Virus record (IMG/VR): IMGVR_UViG_3300044614_002195
Span: 134,290-198,289 of that record
From: a virus
Strand: one strand, 5' to 3'
Length of the DNA stretch: 64,000 bases
The notes beneath the pieces were generated by a model. It was not told where the DNA came from, did not search any database, and saw nothing but the letters and a program-made list of their open reading frames with translations. A program made the position numbers and the translations under genes. Shown here piece by piece: positions 61,225 to 64,000 of this stretch (positions within the stretch are counted from its first letter, which is position 1; every line of letters begins with the position of its first letter).

Positions 61225-62223
61225 ATGCAAGTCACTAGTTTTAAAAAAATAGTCATATGGGGATATCCTCTATATTCTCATACGCATTCTTTTGTACATT
61301 ATGGCTGGTTTAAAGCGTTTAAACATTTAGGTTACGAGACATATTGGTTTGACGATAATAATTATCCAGAAAATTTTGATTTTAATAACACGGTATTTAT
61401 AACTGAAGGTTACGCAGATAAAAAGATACCTATATTAAAAAATTCAATATACTTCGTTCATATATGTGTAAACCCCTCCAAATATTTAACGGCCGGATGC
61501 AGGCTCATAGATATTAGGTTTAATGTTAAAAAAACAAAAGATTTTTCCTATGAGTATACAAGACCTGACGACGAACTAGTTAAACTTGACGCATTCACTT
61601 TTTATGAAAAAAATGCAAATGATTCTGCGCTAGTTGCAAAATATAAAAAAGGTATATCGGGCTATGAGGCTGTTTACATGTACTGGGCTACAGATTTTTT
61701 ACCTAAAGAAATAAACTTTAGCGATGCCTTTATTGAAAGAACTAATACAGTATATCATGTAGGAAGTTTATGGAGCGCAAATAGACAAGAATTTCAAATT
61801 TTTGAAAAATCTTTAAAAGCTCGCGGATTGTCTTTAGAAATAAGAGATCCTTGGAGAATAAAAACAACTAACGAAGAAGCTGTCAGACTTGTGCAGCAAT
61901 CTTATATTGCTCCCGATATACGGGGCACAGGAGCAACATGCGACGGTTCTTCTGCAGAAGAATGCAACCACTTAAGTATAGGCTATATACCGTGTAGAAT
62001 ATTTAAAAATATAAGCTACGGACAACTAGGAATAACTAATTCCTATGCTGTGAAAGAATTAATGAACGACTTCGTAGTGTACGCTAGCAAACCAGAAAAC
62101 ATATTAGATTATGCTGAGCCTTATAGGAAAAATTATGAAAAAATTCTAGAGGCTATGGCTTACGTGAGAGATAATCATACTTTTGTGCGGCGTATAGAAA
62201 CTTTAATGGAACTATTAGCATAA
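61225..62223 (+). CDS. Glycosyltransferase, CgeB/DUF3880-like GT-B
   Basis: IPCRIFKNISYG, HTFVRRIE. Confidence 0.65.
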   Translation: MQVTSFKKIVIWGYPLYSHTHSFVHYGWFKAFKHLGYETYWFDDNNYPENFDFNNTVFITEGYADKKIPILKNSIYFVHICVNPSKYLTAGCRLIDIRFNVKKTKDFSYEYTRPDDELVKLDAFTFYEKNANDSALVAKYKKGISGYEAVYMYWATDFLPKEINFSDAFIERTNTVYHVGSLWSANRQEFQIFEKSLKARGLSLEIRDPWRIKTTNEEAVRLVQQSYIAPDIRGTGATCDGSSAEECNHLSIGYIPCRIFKNISYGQLGITNSYAVKELMNDFVVYASKPENILDYAEPYRKNYEKILEAMAYVRDNHTFVRRIETLMELLA

Positions 62224-62224
62224 C

Positions 62225-62833
62225 ATGAGTTTTAATAAAAATGTAACTTTAGTTTATTTTGAAGGCGTGAAAAATAAACATGACGAAGGTGAAAAAGTTT
62301 TTAATGCTTTGAAAAAATTGCTTGGTTTTGAGAAAGCTGTTTTTGTAGGTTTAGGTGTAAGTTATAATGATGCTTTGCTTTGGGAATTAGGTGACGCACT
62401 AGATTATTTTGATACTTCTCACATGCTGAGATGTACATGGGATGGATTTGTTTTAAACCCTCATCTTTGGGATGATCAATGGTTAGACTATGATATGATC
62501 GGAGCTCCTTGGCCAGAAGTGTGTCAATTCAATAACCGTGTAGGCAATACAGGCTTTACACTGCAGAGTAGACATTTTTTAAACATAGCTAAAAAATATA
62601 AAGCAAATTACACATATTCTGTTCCTGCAGATGTTTGGCTGTGTCAAACTATGTACGAGACTTTCAAAAAAGAGGGAGTCAAATATGCTCCTGTAAGTGT
62701 GGCGGCTAAATTTGGATGGGAAAGCTATATTGAATCAGGAGAAAACGGTCCTGATAAATCTTTTGGCTTTCATGGCTTTGGAGTAGGCAAGGATAAGGAG
62801 GCATACTACAACAATATTTTAAACCTAAAATAA
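62225..62833 (+). CDS. DUF5672-like (GT-associated) protein
   Basis: WDGFVLNP, YDMIGAPW, VGNTGFTLQS, DVW, FGFHG. Confidence 0.75.
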   Translation: MSFNKNVTLVYFEGVKNKHDEGEKVFNALKKLLGFEKAVFVGLGVSYNDALLWELGDALDYFDTSHMLRCTWDGFVLNPHLWDDQWLDYDMIGAPWPEVCQFNNRVGNTGFTLQSRHFLNIAKKYKANYTYSVPADVWLCQTMYETFKKEGVKYAPVSVAAKFGWESYIESGENGPDKSFGFHGFGVGKDKEAYYNNILNLK

Positions 62834-62890
62834 CTGAGAGACAGTCTGGAAGCATTCTGTTATAATCAAAATAATTAACCTTATACGTAT

Positions 62891-63388
62891 ATGCCTAGAA
62901 AAATTACTCATTCTGGTCTTTTAGCTGACAGACCTAACCCATTAAGTGTTCCCAATTCGTATTATTTTGCTACAGACGAGGGTAAGTATTACTCCTCAGA
63001 AGGGGAAAACTGGGTTGAGCGTATTGTAGACGTTGATGACCTTGCGCCAGATACAGAAGCTTATCTTGCTTGCGGTATTACACATACAGGAGCAATTGAC
63101 CCAATTAAAATAGGTGCTGGCCCTGTAAGCAATTTGAGCGGTGAAATTACAGTAGCCGGCACATCTCAAAATGTAAGTGAAGCTAACGAAAATAGGAGGT
63201 ATTTTATGCTCCAAAACATCTCTGATACCGATATGTATGTAGGTGTAGGTTATACTCCTGAAGTAGGCTTAGGTTTGCTGATTGCTAAAAACGGAGGTAC
63301 TCTTACATGTGATTCTTTTGTTCCTTCAGAAGAAATCAATGTTATCTGCAGTACAGTAGGTAAAAAGTTTACAGCATTTGAGGCGTAA
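62891..63388 (+). CDS. Hypothetical structural-type protein
   Basis: NRRYFMLQNISDTDMYVG beta-sandwich pattern. Confidence 0.6.
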   Translation: MPRKITHSGLLADRPNPLSVPNSYYFATDEGKYYSSEGENWVERIVDVDDLAPDTEAYLACGITHTGAIDPIKIGAGPVSNLSGEITVAGTSQNVSEANENRRYFMLQNISDTDMYVGVGYTPEVGLGLLIAKNGGTLTCDSFVPSEEINVICSTVGKKFTAFEA

Positions 63389-63390
63389 TT

Positions 63391-64000
63391 ATGAGAATAT
63401 TTAATCCTACAACTTCTTCTGGTGGTGGAGGCGAAACTGGAGCCACGGGTGCTACTGGCCCACTGCCGTGGGAATTCATGGGACCTTACGATAACGGCTA
63501 TAGCTATCCTTTAAACAAAGCGGTAACATACCTGGGTGGATACTATTACAGAACAGGAAATCCATTAAATCCAGGTTACCCTCCAACTCCTGGAGCAATT
63601 AACGAATCTTGGACTCCTGTGGCAGATAAGGGAGAGCAGGGACCCGGCGGAGGTGGTGGCGCTGGAGGCCTAATGTTTTATTTAAACCAAAACATATCTC
63701 CAGACAGCCCTATAGTAGGATTGCCTACAACTAGCTCTGTAGTCACTGGGTTTGCAGTAAAAGAACTGGGTAGAATTGCCGACACAGTTCAAACAACCAT
63801 TACTACAGAGCATTTACCTACCAGCCCATTTAATCTTGTAGCTGGATTTGTTAGCGATGTTCAAGACCCTAACATCACAACTATCCCTCCTGGGTTATGG
63901 GATTTAAATTTCTGGGCTAGCAGCACAGCTAATTATAACAATCAAACTATCGTGCAGGTCAAAGCCTATGTTTATAATGGTACAACACTGGGAGAGCCTT
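63391..64000 (+). CDS. Collagen-like fibre protein (3' partial)
   Basis: [23 protein letters not shown]...; open to the window end. Confidence 0.7.
   Translation, partial: MRIFNPTTSSGGGGETGATGATGPLPWEFMGPYDNGYSYPLNKAVTYLGGYYYRTGNPLNPGYPPTPGAINESWTPVADKGEQGPGGGGGAGGLMFYLNQNISPDSPIVGLPTTSSVVTGFAVKELGRIADTVQTTITTEHLPTSPFNLVAGFVSDVQDPNITTIPPGLWDLNFWASSTANYNNQTIVQVKAYVYNGTTLGEP

Overview
A 64 kb segment of a large, AT-rich tailed dsDNA phage (probably jumbo class, standard genetic code). A Gram-negative host is inferred from the spanin-like lipoprotein in the lysis cassette. Order of modules: (1) an RNA array (tmRNA with a 30-aa tag, tRNA-fMet-like, Tyr, Thr, Asn) containing two related unannotated structured RNAs; (2) nucleotide, DNA and RNA repair genes (dNMP kinase, RNA ligase, ThyX, ECF sigma, phosphoesterase, DNA ligase, Pnk); (3) a minus-strand block with endolysin, holin, spanin-like genes, a DksA-like zinc finger and a probable portal; (4) FN3/Ig proteins and a second tRNA cluster (Ile2, Leu, Arg); (5) single-gene cassettes bounded by terminator + AGCTATCAG box + promoter; (6) a cluster of modular small proteins with a shared N-terminal leader and K-x-A motifs at domain junctions; (7) about 12.5 kb of Gly-X-Thr collagen-like fibre genes plus adjacent fibre-associated genes; (8) a glycosyltransferase/methyltransferase cluster interrupted by a MoxR/CobS-CobT-like pair. 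The best novelty candidates are the paired ncRNAs, the putative K-x-A polyprotein/leader system and the terminator-box regulatory cassettes. All family assignments come from motif recognition by eye; no database searches were run.
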